Positions 63,959-64,000 of a stretch of DNA of 64,000 nucleotides are shown piece after piece. The translations under genes were made by a program, and so were the position numbers. Numbering within the stretch: the first letter of the stretch is position 1; every line of letters begins with the position of its first letter. The DNA is taken from IMG/VR virus record IMGVR_UViG_3300045988_055837. One strand, written 5' to 3'. The stretch comes from a virus. Under the pieces are notes generated by a model. That model ran no database searches and was not told the origin of the DNA. It saw nothing but the letters and a program-made list of their open reading frames with translations.

Positions 63959-64000
63959 TATCCATAACTTCCTTTCTTTAACTTTCTATATATATTATAA

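Overview
This is a low-GC phage genome segment with two large modules on opposite strands. Bases 1-26,600 on the + strand hold a structural, tail and lysis-accessory module. Bases 26,700-64,000 on the minus strand hold a replication and nucleotide-metabolism module with embedded lysis genes. The central result is that TAG is a sense codon throughout, most likely glutamine. An in-frame TAG in thymidylate synthase aligns with the invariant Gln of the YQRS motif. Most real genes are therefore split in the six-frame track, and only TAA and TGA terminate. In-frame TAG density is strongly bimodal. The core replication genes (dnaE, nrdD, dnaB, primase, Dda-like helicase, topoisomerase II A and B, ligase, RNase H) contain none. 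Structural genes, the endolysin, the RuvC-like resolvase and the diversity-generating retroelement (DGR) contain many, roughly one per 20-40 codons. This is the pattern expected for stop-codon-recoded phages that reserve the recoded codon for late genes. The second major feature is a complete DGR on the minus strand at 16,146-20,148. It comprises a target gene with Big_2 domains and a C-terminal C-type-lectin fold carrying a 100-bp variable repeat (VR), an Avd-like ORF, a 100-bp template repeat (TR) and a reverse transcriptase (RT). All 14 TR/VR mismatches fall at TR adenines, and every DGR component needs TAG read-through. Other notable content is a tail fibre with an N-terminal dockerin-like module next to a Hin/Gin-type serine recombinase. 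There is a three-domain endolysin (lysozyme-like, Amidase_2 and SLH). The anaerobic ribonucleotide reductase (RNR) locus nrdD-nrdG has an overlapping formate/nitrite-transporter-like gene. A GIY-YIG nuclease is fused behind a transmembrane helix and a long coiled coil. There are also an SPFH/flotillin-like protein, a polynucleotide kinase plus phosphoesterase pair, thyA/folA/dut/gmk, Sak4/SSB/RecJ recombination functions, and many overlapping stop/start junctions and hairpin terminators. The SLH, dockerin and Bacillus-type dUTPase point to a Firmicute host, probably a clostridial one with an S-layer. Coordinates of reconstructed genes are approximate to within a few nucleotides. No tRNA, CRISPR array or tyrosine integrase was recognised.
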